Shown here: piece by piece, positions 28,361-38,196 of the stretch
Position numbering within the stretch: position 1 is the stretch's first letter
Layout: the number at the start of each line of letters is the position of its first letter
Source: Turneriella sp.
GTDB taxonomy: Bacteria > Spirochaetota > Leptospiria > Turneriellales > Turneriellaceae
NCBI GenBank assembly: GCA_965279515.1
Contig: CBDIID010000003.1
Location: 3,584,001 to 3,648,000, forward strand
Reading direction: 5' to 3'
Length of the DNA stretch: 64,000 nt
The notes under the pieces: generated by a model
What the model was told of the DNA's origin: nothing
What the model saw: only the letters and a program-made list of their open reading frames with translations
Database searches by the model: none
Program-made: the position numbers and the translations under genes

Positions 28361-28758
28361 TTTAAGGCTCCCTTACGGAGAATGTAATAATATCCGACGA
28401 ACAGAACCAGCAAAAACACGACCAGTTCTCCGAGCATCATGAGCCCCATGCCGGCTTCATGGAATGAGCGGAATGAGACCGCCCAGGGCATGAGGAAGAT
28501 TGCCTCGACGTCAAAGACAATGAAGACCACGGCGACCAAATAGAATTTTACGTTGAAGAGCCCGCGCGCATCTTCTGTGTAGGGGATGCCGCACTCAAAG
28601 GTATCGGGGCTTGCATCGGCGGGCTTAGCGATGCGCGGCTTAATTTTGTGTGCCAGAAGCAGAATCAGACCTGCAAAACCGACACCGAATGCCAGTTGAA
28701 TGATAGCGGGCCAGATTGAGGCGGGTACGGCCGAAGAGGGCATACAGCAGATTGCCAT
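28342..28758 (-). CDS. nuoA: NADH-quinone oxidoreductase subunit A
   Basis: [19 protein letters not shown] and KGALNWE motifs; true start may be 28743. Confidence 0.93.
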   Translation of the reverse strand: MAICCMPSSAVPASIWPAIIQLAFGVGFAGLILLLAHKIKPRIAKPADASPDTFECGIPYTEDARGLFNVKFYLVAVVFIVFDVEAIFLMPWAVSFRSFHEAGMGLMMLGELVVFLLVLFVGYYYILRKGALNWEDPS

Positions 28759-28867
28759 TCCGGCATCCGGTGAGAAGTAAAAAATGGATTCCGCGGGGTG
28801 TTTAGGCTCTAAACAGCCTGTTTACAATCTTTCCTTTACATTTTAATCCGCCGACCCAGAGTTGAGA

Positions 28868-31800
28868 ATGCCCGGCATTTACCCAAACTATTTTTTCCTC
28901 GGCTCGCTGCTGACCTTTTTATTCTGCCTTTACATTGGCATTTTTCTCTTTCGCATACGTGAGCGTTCGGCCGCTACCTTCCATTTTGGCGTGCTTATGG
29001 TATTTATGGGTTTATTTAATCTCAGTTACGTGGTGGCTCAGGGGTTCTATCCTTTGCCCGTTTTTTTTCCGCGTTGGGTGAATATTTACATGGCCTTGGG
29101 TGGCGCTTTCCAGGGGGCGCTTTTCTTCTGGCATTTTCCGACCTCGCTGTCGCTCAAATTCACGCGCCGCTATGCAATTATCGGTCACTCCGTTCTTTTT
29201 CTCACGTCGCTCTATCTCGCTTATGGCATGTACAAAGCGCCGGTTTACTTTCTTTCCAACAGCGATTTCTGGGATTCGGACACGCTGCCGCTGCAAAAAT
29301 ATTTTGGCTTTCTGATCATGGTGGCATTCATGAATTTCATCGGCATGGGGGTCTGGCGCGGTTTCAAAGAACGCGGAGCTGAGCGTATTATCGTCTGGTT
29401 ACTCACGTTTGCTTTCGCTATCGTAACCGTCGTCCCCGGCCTTCTGAATATCCTGAGCCGCGATAACCTGATTCCGCGTTCGATGTACCAGACGGCTATT
29501 ACCGTATTTAGTCTCATCGGATTCTTCACCTCCGTAGTGCTCTATATCAATGTTACGAAAGACCGCACCTCTACTTTAGCGCGCATCGTCAGCATCAGCC
29601 TTGTAACGGTTTTGCTGATACTTCAGGCAGTTTCATATTTTTGGCTTCGGGATGCTGAAAGGAATTTCGACGCCGTTACCTACGGGCGTGCCCGCGAAGG
29701 TTATGTACTTGGAAAGCTTCCCGAAAAAGCATCAGCAGTCTATATCTACGATTACGGCAAACAGAAACTCCATACTCCAGTCCCCGAAGATTATGCTCCC
29801 GCAAGCGATTTTGCGCTCGATGCCCAGGCGACGCAGCTGATTTCTGAGATTATGGTCACCCAGGGTAAGGGTGCCGAGCTGGCGCAGTCAGCGCAAAAAA
29901 TTATTTCCGGCATCGGAATCTATTCACCCCTACAGGCGGCCTATCTTACGGAATTCGCGGTAGCCAGAAATTTTTCCTCCGGATACGAGCTAGCGCAGGC
30001 GATTATGTCGCTGCGCAATCAACAATTGTACCAGATTTCAAAGCTCAGACAGATGAGTGATTCTGAAGTTCGTAAGAAGCTGCCTGATATGATCGCGGCG
30101 ATTGACAAAAAATTTCCCGGAGTCCAGAAATTCATGAATACGCTGCCCGGGGCTATGTCAAATGCCGAGAAACGCGGCGTACTGATGGCTGGTCTCACAC
30201 CCTGGCACGGGCAAGGCGCACGGCTTTTTCGTGGTAGTATTTATTTCGAAGATAAACTCCCGGCTCACTATATTGCCTACCAGTTCGTCGATCCCGGGCA
30301 AAAACGTGTGATCGAAGTCGCCTTCCCTTATATCAATTATCGGGAGGCCATCGCCGCATCCGGATGGCCGCTAGCGGTGGTCATTCTCGTGGCGTATATG
30401 CTCATTATCATTGGGTTTAATATTTTCTTCCGTGGCGCATTGATGAAACCCATCGAAGGTATTGTTGTCGGCCTCAAAGAAATCAATAACGACAATTTCG
30501 ACGCACGCGTGAAGGTCCATGTCGAAGACGAGATCGGCTTCATGGCGAAATCTTTCAACAAAATGGCGCGCTCGATCAAGGCGGGCCGCATGCGCCTGCA
30601 GCAATATGCAGCGCAACTCGAACAAAAAGTGCAGGAACGCACGCAAGAGCTGCAGACGACGCTAAAGGATGTGCAGACACTCAAATCGCAGCAGGACGGG
30701 GATTATTTCCTGACGACCCTGCTCCTGAAGCCTTTGGGCGTCAATGAGGTCAATAGCACGCTCATCGGTATTGAATCGTTTGTCCGGCAGAAAAAGAAAT
30801 TTGAGTTCCGCCACTGGAGCAAAGATATTGGCGGGGATATCAACATCTCGCACATTATTGAGCTGGAAGGCAAGCGCCACATCGCCTTCATCAACGGCGA
30901 CGCGATGGGCAAGTCGATCCAGGGCGCGGGCGGCGCCCTGGTCTTAGGTTCGGTCTTCCACACCATTATCGAGCGCACGCAGGCAACGCATGCGATGCAA
31001 CAGCTGTCGCCGGAACGCTGGCTCAAAAATGTCTTCATCGAGTTGCACCGCGTTTTCGAAAGTTTCGACGGTTCTATGCTCATGTCAGGCTTTTTCGCCC
31101 TCATCGACGAACACACGGGCCTCATGTACCATATTCTCGCCGAGCATCCGCGCGCGGTCATTTACCGCAACGGCAAGGCTGAGTTTATTGAGAACGACAG
31201 AATGCTGCGCAAGCTCGGTACCTCCGGGGTTGAAGGCACGTTATCGATCGCCACAACGCAACTCGAACCGGGCGATGTGCTCATCGTCGGCTCAGACGGA
31301 CGCGACGATATTATTCTTGGTTATGACCAGAGTGGTGGGCGCATTATCAACGAAGATGAAAATCTCTTTCTGCGCACAGTCGAAGAGACGAACGGCGACA
31401 TTAACGCCATGGTCAGTAAAATCGAGTCGCTGGGTGAAATCATGGACGACCTTTCGCTGATGCGTATCGAACGCTACCGCGAGGCGCATTCTCCGGGATT
31501 TGCCTACGATTACAGCGGCGTGCTCGAAGGTGTGAAACGCGATCTCAAATCGGGTAAAACCGACGCTGCGATCAGCCGTATCGAAGCGTATCTTAAACAG
31601 GACGCGTTTTATCCCGAAGCGGTGAAGAATTTAGCGCAAATCTACTACCAGGCAAAAGACTATGAAAAGGCTGCGCGTTACGCGCAGGATTACCTTTGGC
31701 TGAAGCCTGCCGATGCGCACTTCGTTTATTTTGCCAGCCTCTGCTTCCGCCGCATCAAGGACTACCGTAAGTCGATCGATCTCTCAGAGCGGCTGCGGCT

Positions 31801-31981
31801 CAGGGAGTTCCCGCTGGCGAAAAATCTCGCCCTGCTCACCGACCTGCACATACGTATGGGTAACTCCAAGCGCGCAGAATCCATGCTCAGCGAACTCATA
31901 GCACTCGAACCAGATTTCGGCAGTATTGATATACTGAAAAAGAAACTCGGGGAAATGAAGGTCGATCCGACGCCGGCGTAA
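28868..31981 (+). CDS. Membrane SpoIIE/PP2C phosphatase with HAMP and C-terminal TPRs
   Basis: Multi-TM N-terminus; DEIGFMAKSFNKM; QQDGDYFLT, GGDI, NGDAMGKSIQGAGGAL and GSDGRDD motifs. Confidence 0.9.
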   Translation: MPGIYPNYFFLGSLLTFLFCLYIGIFLFRIRERSAATFHFGVLMVFMGLFNLSYVVAQGFYPLPVFFPRWVNIYMALGGAFQGALFFWHFPTSLSLKFTRRYAIIGHSVLFLTSLYLAYGMYKAPVYFLSNSDFWDSDTLPLQKYFGFLIMVAFMNFIGMGVWRGFKERGAERIIVWLLTFAFAIVTVVPGLLNILSRDNLIPRSMYQTAITVFSLIGFFTSVVLYINVTKDRTSTLARIVSISLVTVLLILQAVSYFWLRDAERNFDAVTYGRAREGYVLGKLPEKASAVYIYDYGKQKLHTPVPEDYAPASDFALDAQATQLISEIMVTQGKGAELAQSAQKIISGIGIYSPLQAAYLTEFAVARNFSSGYELAQAIMSLRNQQLYQISKLRQMSDSEVRKKLPDMIAAIDKKFPGVQKFMNTLPGAMSNAEKRGVLMAGLTPWHGQGARLFRGSIYFEDKLPAHYIAYQFVDPGQKRVIEVAFPYINYREAIAASGWPLAVVILVAYMLIIIGFNIFFRGALMKPIEGIVVGLKEINNDNFDARVKVHVEDEIGFMAKSFNKMARSIKAGRMRLQQYAAQLEQKVQERTQELQTTLKDVQTLKSQQDGDYFLTTLLLKPLGVNEVNSTLIGIESFVRQKKKFEFRHWSKDIGGDINISHIIELEGKRHIAFINGDAMGKSIQGAGGALVLGSVFHTIIERTQATHAMQQLSPERWLKNVFIELHRVFESFDGSMLMSGFFALIDEHTGLMYHILAEHPRAVIYRNGKAEFIENDRMLRKLGTSGVEGTLSIATTQLEPGDVLIVGSDGRDDIILGYDQSGGRIINEDENLFLRTVEETNGDINAMVSKIESLGEIMDDLSLMRIERYREAHSPGFAYDYSGVLEGVKRDLKSGKTDAAISRIEAYLKQDAFYPEAVKNLAQIYYQAKDYEKAARYAQDYLWLKPADAHFVYFASLCFRRIKDYRKSIDLSERLRLREFPLAKNLALLTDLHIRMGNSKRAESMLSELIALEPDFGSIDILKKKLGEMKVDPTPA

Positions 31982-31995
31982 AAACGCTTCAGTCG

Positions 31996-32760
31996 CTAAC
32001 TCGTGCCATAGCTACGCACGATCTCGTAGGTGAGCAGCGTCCAGCCGTCGACGAGTACGAAAAGAATGATCTTAAACGGCAGCGAGATCATTACCGGCGG
32101 CAGCATCATCATACCCATCGACATGAGCACACTCGCGACCACCATATCGATGATCAGAAACGGTATGAAAAGATAGATGCCGATAATAAATGCCTTTTTG
32201 ATTTCTGTGAGCATAAACGCGGGGATTAACACCTGCATTGAAACATCATTGATTGTTTTGGGTTTTTCCGATTTACTGAGGCGGATAAACAACGCAATTT
32301 CCTTAATGCCTTCACGGCCGATCTGTTTGATCATGAATTTGCGTAACGGCGCACCCGCCTCTTTAAAGAAGTTGGTGTTTGAAATCTTGCCGTCGAGGTA
32401 GGGTGTTATGGCCTTGCGGTTCATTTCATCAAAAGTCGGCGCCATGATAAAGAATGTGACAAACAGCGCGAGCGAGACCATGACCTGGTTGGGCGGCATG
32501 TTCTGCAAACTGAGCGCGCGCTTCATGAAGTCGAAAACGATGATGATTTTGGTGAACGACGTCAGCATCAGCACGATGGCCGGTGCCAGCGATAAAATGG
32601 TCAGTAGCAGCAGAATCTGCAGCGACAGGGCTACCTGCTGCGGGTTCTTTGCCTGTGTGATGTTAAAATCAACGCGCGGGATAGGCACCTGCTGCGCATA
32701 GAGTGAATGTGCAGCGAACAGCACCAGGGCAATGACGGCAAGGCGTGTAAGAATCTTCAA
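31996..32760 (-). CDS. fliP: Flagellar biosynthesis protein FliP
   Basis: [15 protein letters not shown] and [24 protein letters not shown] motifs. Confidence 0.96.
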   Translation of the reverse strand: MKILTRLAVIALVLFAAHSLYAQQVPIPRVDFNITQAKNPQQVALSLQILLLLTILSLAPAIVLMLTSFTKIIIVFDFMKRALSLQNMPPNQVMVSLALFVTFFIMAPTFDEMNRKAITPYLDGKISNTNFFKEAGAPLRKFMIKQIGREGIKEIALFIRLSKSEKPKTINDVSMQVLIPAFMLTEIKKAFIIGIYLFIPFLIIDMVVASVLMSMGMMMLPPVMISLPFKIILFVLVDGWTLLTYEIVRSYGTS

Positions 32761-33500
32761 GATTTATCCCGCCAGTCGTATTTATCGGATTTGAGCTTTC
32801 TCAGGCGCTCGAGCGAGCTTTGGCGCTGCGCCTCGAGCGATTCACCGCTATTCGTGATGTCGGGCATCATGAAATTATTAGAATTCTTTTTCCCGAAACG
32901 CTCGGTGATATTTGTCTTAATCGCGCGTGAAAGTTCTGTCAAAAAATCGGCCCTCGGCGCCTTGGAATCTTCGGCGCAATCGAGTTTGATGCGGTCGATG
33001 GTGTATTTGTCCGTAACCTCGCTGATGAGCTGGACGGAGTTCTCTGAGACACCCAGGATCATCAGCCGCCCGGCGATTTCGAGAATCTGCAGGCGCTGGT
33101 TCTGCCCCAGCGGAAATTCATAGATGCTGCTGACCGCCGAAAAATTCTGCGTCGGTAGTTCGCGCTTAAACTTATAGAGACGAAAAACGCCATAAAATAT
33201 TCCAAGTAAAACAGCAAGTGTGAGCAGTGTGCGCACGAACTGCCAGAATACCGAAGGTTGTTCTGCGCCGTTTGCCGGGCGATCGGGCGTGCCTTCGAGT
33301 TCTTTCTGCAGCTGCTTTTCGAAGTCGGCGATCGAGTCGTTTTTTTTCTCGCCGTTCTCGGCCTTGCCTTCTGCTGCTTTGGTTTTATTTTCCGCGGGTG
33401 CGGTTTGTTCTTTATTTTCGGTTTTTGCCGCGTCCTGGGTATGCAGCGCCGCGGTAGCTACGAAGAGAGAAACCAGTATGATTGAAATCCCACTACGCAT
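32757..33500 (-). CDS. fliO: Flagellar biosynthesis protein FliO/FliZ-like
   Basis: TM helix followed by [29 protein letters not shown]; directly upstream of fliP. Confidence 0.8.
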   Translation of the reverse strand: MRSGISIILVSLFVATAALHTQDAAKTENKEQTAPAENKTKAAEGKAENGEKKNDSIADFEKQLQKELEGTPDRPANGAEQPSVFWQFVRTLLTLAVLLGIFYGVFRLYKFKRELPTQNFSAVSSIYEFPLGQNQRLQILEIAGRLMILGVSENSVQLISEVTDKYTIDRIKLDCAEDSKAPRADFLTELSRAIKTNITERFGKKNSNNFMMPDITNSGESLEAQRQSSLERLRKLKSDKYDWRDKS

Positions 33501-33641
33501 GCGTTGAAGTACGATGTGACATAATTCAGAACAGCGCGACAAGGAAAAAACCGATATTATACCCTGAAAGGAATTGAGATTTAATAACCACTGCGATCGC
33601 GGAGCTAAAATCGGCAACCCGCAGTGGTTTTTCCTATGGGG

Positions 33642-34579
33642 TCAGCTGATTGTCAGTATTCCTTCAATCACATTGTTCCAGCCGAGACCGATGTTGGTAA
33701 GATTGTAACCACCGCCACCCAACGCTAGCAGGCGGCCGCCCGCATGTTCTGCGGCGAGTTTGGCGAGGTCCAGACCCGCGCGGCGGAACGAGGCCGAGGT
33801 ATATTCCATCTGTGTGATCGGGTCGCCGGCAATCGAATCGGCGCCGCACTGCAGAATAATGAATTCGGGTTGATGCGCTTTGATATGTGTGAGTACATCC
33901 GCCCAGGCGCGGTCGAAATCTTTATCGTTCGCATGCGCGCGCATGGGGATATTCAGCTTCTTGCCTGCCGCATCACCGATGCCGGTCTCGTCGCTGTCGC
34001 CCGTGCCAGGGTAGATGTATTGCTGGTGCATGTCGGCGAAGATGAGGCCGGGATTGTCTTCGAACTCATAATAGACGCCGTCGCCATGGTGTGCGTCGAT
34101 ATCGATGTAGGCGATGCGTTTGAGGTTGTGCTTCGCGAATAAGTTTTCGATGACAATGCCTGCATCGTTGAAAATACAGAACCCGCCCGCCATGTTGCGC
34201 CGCGCATGGTGCAGGCCTGCGATGGGAATAAATGCAGCTTCGGTTTCCCCGGCCATAATCGCTTCGCTGGCGGCGAGTGCGGTGGCGCAGACGGTCAGGG
34301 CCGCTTCGAAACAGCCGGGGAAGGCGGGTGTGTCGCCGCGGTCGAGCAGGCCAAAGCCGCGATCTGATGAACTCTGCACCAGGTGGATGTAGGCCGAGTT
34401 GTGAAACTCCGCCAGTAATTCTGCATCGCCCTCTGCGGGGTCGACGACCGTGGTCTGGCGGGCGAGATTACGTTTTTCAAACTCTTTATAGAAGGCCCCG
34501 AACCGGTAGGTGCTGAAGGGTGGCCGTCGGGAAAGCCGTAGCGGGCAAGCGCTTCCCCTGCATAGACCTGAGTGCGCAT
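33642..34579 (-). pseudogene. acuC: AcuC/histone-deacetylase family protein with a single frameshift near 34519
   Basis: N-terminus YGFPDGHP in one frame; GLHHA, GGFCIFND, DIDAHHGDG, GADS and GGGGY in another; adding one base restores HPFSTYRF. Confidence 0.8.
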
Positions 34580-34659
34580 AGGGCGCGCTCGTTCACCTTA
34601 TGCACAGTGGCAACGCTATTACGGATTTTCAAGGAGTGATTGCCTTTCATAGTGGGCCA

Positions 34660-35277
34660 ATGTCCTCTCCCCAGCGTTATCCCGTGTTAATCATCCAGGG
34701 ATTTCTCGCCCCCACCCTCACGAACTTTGTCCTGAAGACCCGCCTGAAGGCTGAGGGTTTTCTCGCCGAAGATGTGCCGCTCGCAGGCCTCAATGCCGGC
34801 GATATCCGCGAATCGGCGCGCGTCGTCGAAATGAGCGTCAATGCCATGCTGACGCGCGCTGGTACGAAAAAGGTCGACCTGATCGGCATCAGCATGGGCG
34901 GGCTGATCGGCCTGCACTATTTGCGCAAGCTCGGGGGTGACGAATATGTGCGCCGTTTCGTCGCGATCGGTACTCCTTTTAAGGGAACACATTTCGCGCG
35001 GCTGATGAAAGCGCTGACATTCGGGCGCGCGCCCGGCGCCGAGCAGATGATCCCCGGTTCTGATTTTCTCAGCGACCTGCACGACCATGACGGTCAGCAT
35101 CAGGCTGAAATTTACAGCCTGCACACCGATGCGGATGCCTTTGTTTCCGAAACCGCCGCCACGATGGACAAGGTCGAGCTCGTGAAATCGCCGCACGGTG
35201 TCTGGCCCGCAGGGCATTATACGCCGCTTTTTTTGAAAGAAGATTTTAAACTCATTAAGGAAATTCTGCTGAAATGA
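34660..35277 (+). CDS. Esterase/lipase (alpha/beta hydrolase)
   Basis: LIGISMGG nucleophile elbow and IGTPFKGT. Confidence 0.85.
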   Translation: MSSPQRYPVLIIQGFLAPTLTNFVLKTRLKAEGFLAEDVPLAGLNAGDIRESARVVEMSVNAMLTRAGTKKVDLIGISMGGLIGLHYLRKLGGDEYVRRFVAIGTPFKGTHFARLMKALTFGRAPGAEQMIPGSDFLSDLHDHDGQHQAEIYSLHTDADAFVSETAATMDKVELVKSPHGVWPAGHYTPLFLKEDFKLIKEILLK

Positions 35278-35981
35278 AACTCGAAAAAACCGGCGACCCG
35301 AAGAAAACACCCGCGGTCTTTCTGCACGGTTATGGTGCGCCTCCCAGGCTCTACCTGGACTTTGTCAGGCGCCTCGCGGAAAATTATTATGTCTACGTGC
35401 CTGAAATCTTCGGCATGAACGGTATCTGCCGCCGTGATTTTTTCGGCAACGTCGAAGCTTTGAGCCAAATGATGCGTGAGCATGATCTGGGGCAGAGCCT
35501 GGTTGTCGGCCATTCGTACGGCGCACTTGCGGCGATGCATCTGGCCGCGGAGTTTCCGTCGCTGCAGCGCGCCATCGCTGTAAATCCGCTGCTGCCTGAA
35601 ATTTTTACCCCTGATAAATTCAAGCTGCAGCTCGGTAACATGCAGCGTGACCTGAAATACGCCACGGGTGAGCTGCGCGGTATGCTCGCGAACCCCGGCG
35701 TCGGCATTGCTTATGGCATCAACGTCATTGCAAACCCGCTGGGGTATATCGAAGGCGCGGCGCGTGCCGTCGCGAGCCGGCTGCCTGAAAAACGCAGCGA
35801 GGTTCCCGTCGAACTCGTCTACGCCGATCTCGATACGCTTTTTCATATTGAGAACGACGATCTCTCCAAATGGCGCGGCGTGTTGCCGAAGCTGAAATTC
35901 ACACCGGTACCCGATTACAGCCATAACTGGCTGATCTACCATGGCTCGTATGCCTACGATACGATGAGGGGAATTTTGTGA
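35274..35981 (+). CDS. Alpha/beta hydrolase
   Basis: FLHGYG and VGHSYGA motifs; ATGA overlap with the upstream gene. Confidence 0.88.
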   Translation: MKLEKTGDPKKTPAVFLHGYGAPPRLYLDFVRRLAENYYVYVPEIFGMNGICRRDFFGNVEALSQMMREHDLGQSLVVGHSYGALAAMHLAAEFPSLQRAIAVNPLLPEIFTPDKFKLQLGNMQRDLKYATGELRGMLANPGVGIAYGINVIANPLGYIEGAARAVASRLPEKRSEVPVELVYADLDTLFHIENDDLSKWRGVLPKLKFTPVPDYSHNWLIYHGSYAYDTMRGIL

Positions 35982-36446
35982 CCCCACCCCGGCCTTCGGC
36001 CACCCCTCCCCACTAACGTGGAGAGGGGTTTTCGGAAAGTATGGCGATTAAGAACAAAGCCCGCAGTCTTCGAAAGAGTATGACTGATGCAGAAGAGGTG
36101 CTCTGGGAAAAATTGCGAAATCACCGTTTTCATGGTCTTCAGTTTAGGAGACAATATCCGGTTAGTCAGCGATACATTTTGGATTTTTACTGCGCTAAGA
36201 TTAGATTAGGGATTGAGATCGACGGAAAGATTCATGAGGGCAAACATATGAAAAGAAACGACACATTACGCACCGAAAGTCTAAATGCAAAGGGTATTAG
36301 AATTTTGCGATTTTCAAATTCCGAGGTCGTCGAAAAACTTCAGTTAGTTCTAGAGAAGATATTCTCACAGTTTCCCCCCTCTCCACGTCAGCCGTTGGCC
36401 AAGAGGCCACCGGCCTATTGGTGGGGAGGGGGTGAGGGGGTGGGGT
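35981..36446 (+). mobile_element. Putative small mobile cassette: DUF559 nuclease gene between hairpin-rich ends
   Basis: Terminal IR ACCCCACCCC (35981-35990) / GGGGTGGGGT (36437-36446); GTGA direct repeat at 35978 and 36445; AT-rich gene body. Confidence 0.65.
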
Positions 36447-36448
36447 GA
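36041..36448 (+). CDS. DUF559 / Vsr-like endonuclease-domain protein
   Basis: ARSLRKSMTDAEEVLWEKLR, FRRQYPV, YILDFYC, IEIDGKIH and ILRFSNSEV motifs. Confidence 0.92.
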   Translation: MAIKNKARSLRKSMTDAEEVLWEKLRNHRFHGLQFRRQYPVSQRYILDFYCAKIRLGIEIDGKIHEGKHMKRNDTLRTESLNAKGIRILRFSNSEVVEKLQLVLEKIFSQFPPSPRQPLAKRPPAYWWGGGEGVG

Positions 36449-37380
36449 GAAAAACCCTCAAAGCCATCCGCGACAAGTTGCCCTCGGGCGCGCAGATTTC
36501 GGGCGCGGTGCAGGGGGTGATCGGTGACAAGCTGCCGAAGCGCTTCGCTACGGAGATGGCGTTTTATGCCGAAGGTAAGGCACTGCCGGCCGACTATATC
36601 GCCGGCAAAAAACATGCTGTGATCTTTGTGCACGGCAGCGCCGACACCGAACTCGGCTGGAATGTCAAACCCGGTGAAATGAATTTTGCAGAGCGCTTAG
36701 TCCACGACTTTCCGGTTGAGGCGCTCTACCTGCGCTATAACAGCGGCCTCGCGGTGAGCGACAACGGTGAGAAACTCGCCAGGCTGCTGAGCGATTTCGC
36801 CGCCCGCAATAAAGCCCTGCGCAGCCTGACCTTGATTGCTCACAGCATGGGTGGCCTTGTCGTCCACTCGGCGATCTATCACAGCCGGGCCCAGAATAAA
36901 ACCTGGCTTAAAAAACTGAAGCAGGTGTTTCTGCTCGGCACACCGCATGCCGGCGCGCCGCTGGCGCAAATCGCCGAAAAGGGCGAACAGATTCTGCAAT
37001 TTATTCCAAACCCGTTCACGCTGATCGCCGCGTCTGTGATTGGCCTGAGAAGCCGCGGTCTCAAAGATCTCAGCCGCGGGCAAAAGGGTCTACCGGCCGA
37101 GGGCAGCATTCTGCAGCAGGGCGTGAAATATGTATTTATTGCCGGGGGTGTGCAGAAAAAGGCATCGGGGGTGATGAATCGCCTCATCGGTGACGGTATG
37201 GTGCGCAGCCACAGTGCGGTGCAGGGTCAGCAGGGGGATGTCCCCTGGCATAAGCGGGCTCTGCTCTGGCTCAAAAAATCAGCCGATGTCAGGGTCGAGA
37301 ATCTGCCCGGAATCAACCATCTGGCTCTGAGGACATCCCCCCAGGTTTATGCCGTGATACACAGCCACTTCAGCTCGTGA
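36445..37380 (+). CDS. PGAP1-like / lipase alpha/beta hydrolase
   Basis: FVHG, YLRYNSGL, AHSMGGLV, LGTPHAGAPL and GDGMV motifs. Confidence 0.88.
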   Translation: MRKTLKAIRDKLPSGAQISGAVQGVIGDKLPKRFATEMAFYAEGKALPADYIAGKKHAVIFVHGSADTELGWNVKPGEMNFAERLVHDFPVEALYLRYNSGLAVSDNGEKLARLLSDFAARNKALRSLTLIAHSMGGLVVHSAIYHSRAQNKTWLKKLKQVFLLGTPHAGAPLAQIAEKGEQILQFIPNPFTLIAASVIGLRSRGLKDLSRGQKGLPAEGSILQQGVKYVFIAGGVQKKASGVMNRLIGDGMVRSHSAVQGQQGDVPWHKRALLWLKKSADVRVENLPGINHLALRTSPQVYAVIHSHFSS

Positions 37381-37430
37381 ACCCCGTGTTTTTTTAATTG
37401 ACGCGACTGCCGATCGCCCTGCTTTACGGT

Positions 37431-37760
37431 ATGCTGATTGTCGATAAGCCCTTTGAAAAAGGCATCATTTTGGCCGTCAAAGAGACGCGCATCGACATGT
37501 CGATCTCGCGCAAGTTTCGCGAGCAAGTCGCAAAGTACCTCGAAAAAAAGCCCGCCGTTGTCGTCTTCGATATGCATGAGACCGAGTATCTTGATTCGTC
37601 TGCGTTGGGCGCACTGGTGACGATTCTGCGCGATGTAAAAAATTACGGGGGCGAGATACGCCTCGCGAATCTCAACCAAACATTGAAGACGCTTTTTAAG
37701 CTTTCTAAACTCGAATCGATGTTCAAAATTTTCGAGACCATTGAAGAAGCCGCGAAGTAA
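37431..37760 (+). CDS. STAS-domain anti-sigma factor antagonist
   Basis: YLDSSALGALV and LFKLSKLESMF motifs. Confidence 0.9.
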   Translation: MLIVDKPFEKGIILAVKETRIDMSISRKFREQVAKYLEKKPAVVVFDMHETEYLDSSALGALVTILRDVKNYGGEIRLANLNQTLKTLFKLSKLESMFKIFETIEEAAK

Positions 37761-38196
37761 AACCGGCACAAACCCAGAGCCCGGCGATATAAGCGCTGCT
37801 GCGGATAACACACCCACTTCCACACAGCTTGCCCAAAAGGCCTGGGTGCGTTATGTCTATATCGGCCTGGGCTGGTTGTCTCTCGCACTGGGGATTATCG
37901 GCGTGGTAACACCGATTCTGCCGACGACGCCCTTTATTCTGCTCAGCGGTTTTTGTTTTGCGCGCGGCAGCGAACGTTTCTACGCCTGGATCATGGCGCA
38001 CAAATATTTCGGGCCGATGATCCGCGCGTTCCGCGACGAAAAACGCATTCCGCTGAAGGCGAAGATTCTCGCAACGGCGATGATTATCGTGACGATGACC
38101 ACGACGGCGGTCATCGTCAGAAAACCGGTGGCGATTATCGGCATGGCCTCGGTGGGCGTCGGCGTCATAGTCTATATCTGGACGTTTAAAAATTGA
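37741..38196 (+). CDS. ybaN: YbaN/DUF454 inner-membrane protein
   Basis: LGIIGVVTPILPTTPFILL..CFARGS motif. Confidence 0.88.
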   Translation: MKKPRSKTGTNPEPGDISAAADNTPTSTQLAQKAWVRYVYIGLGWLSLALGIIGVVTPILPTTPFILLSGFCFARGSERFYAWIMAHKYFGPMIRAFRDEKRIPLKAKILATAMIIVTMTTTAVIVRKPVAIIGMASVGVGVIVYIWTFKN

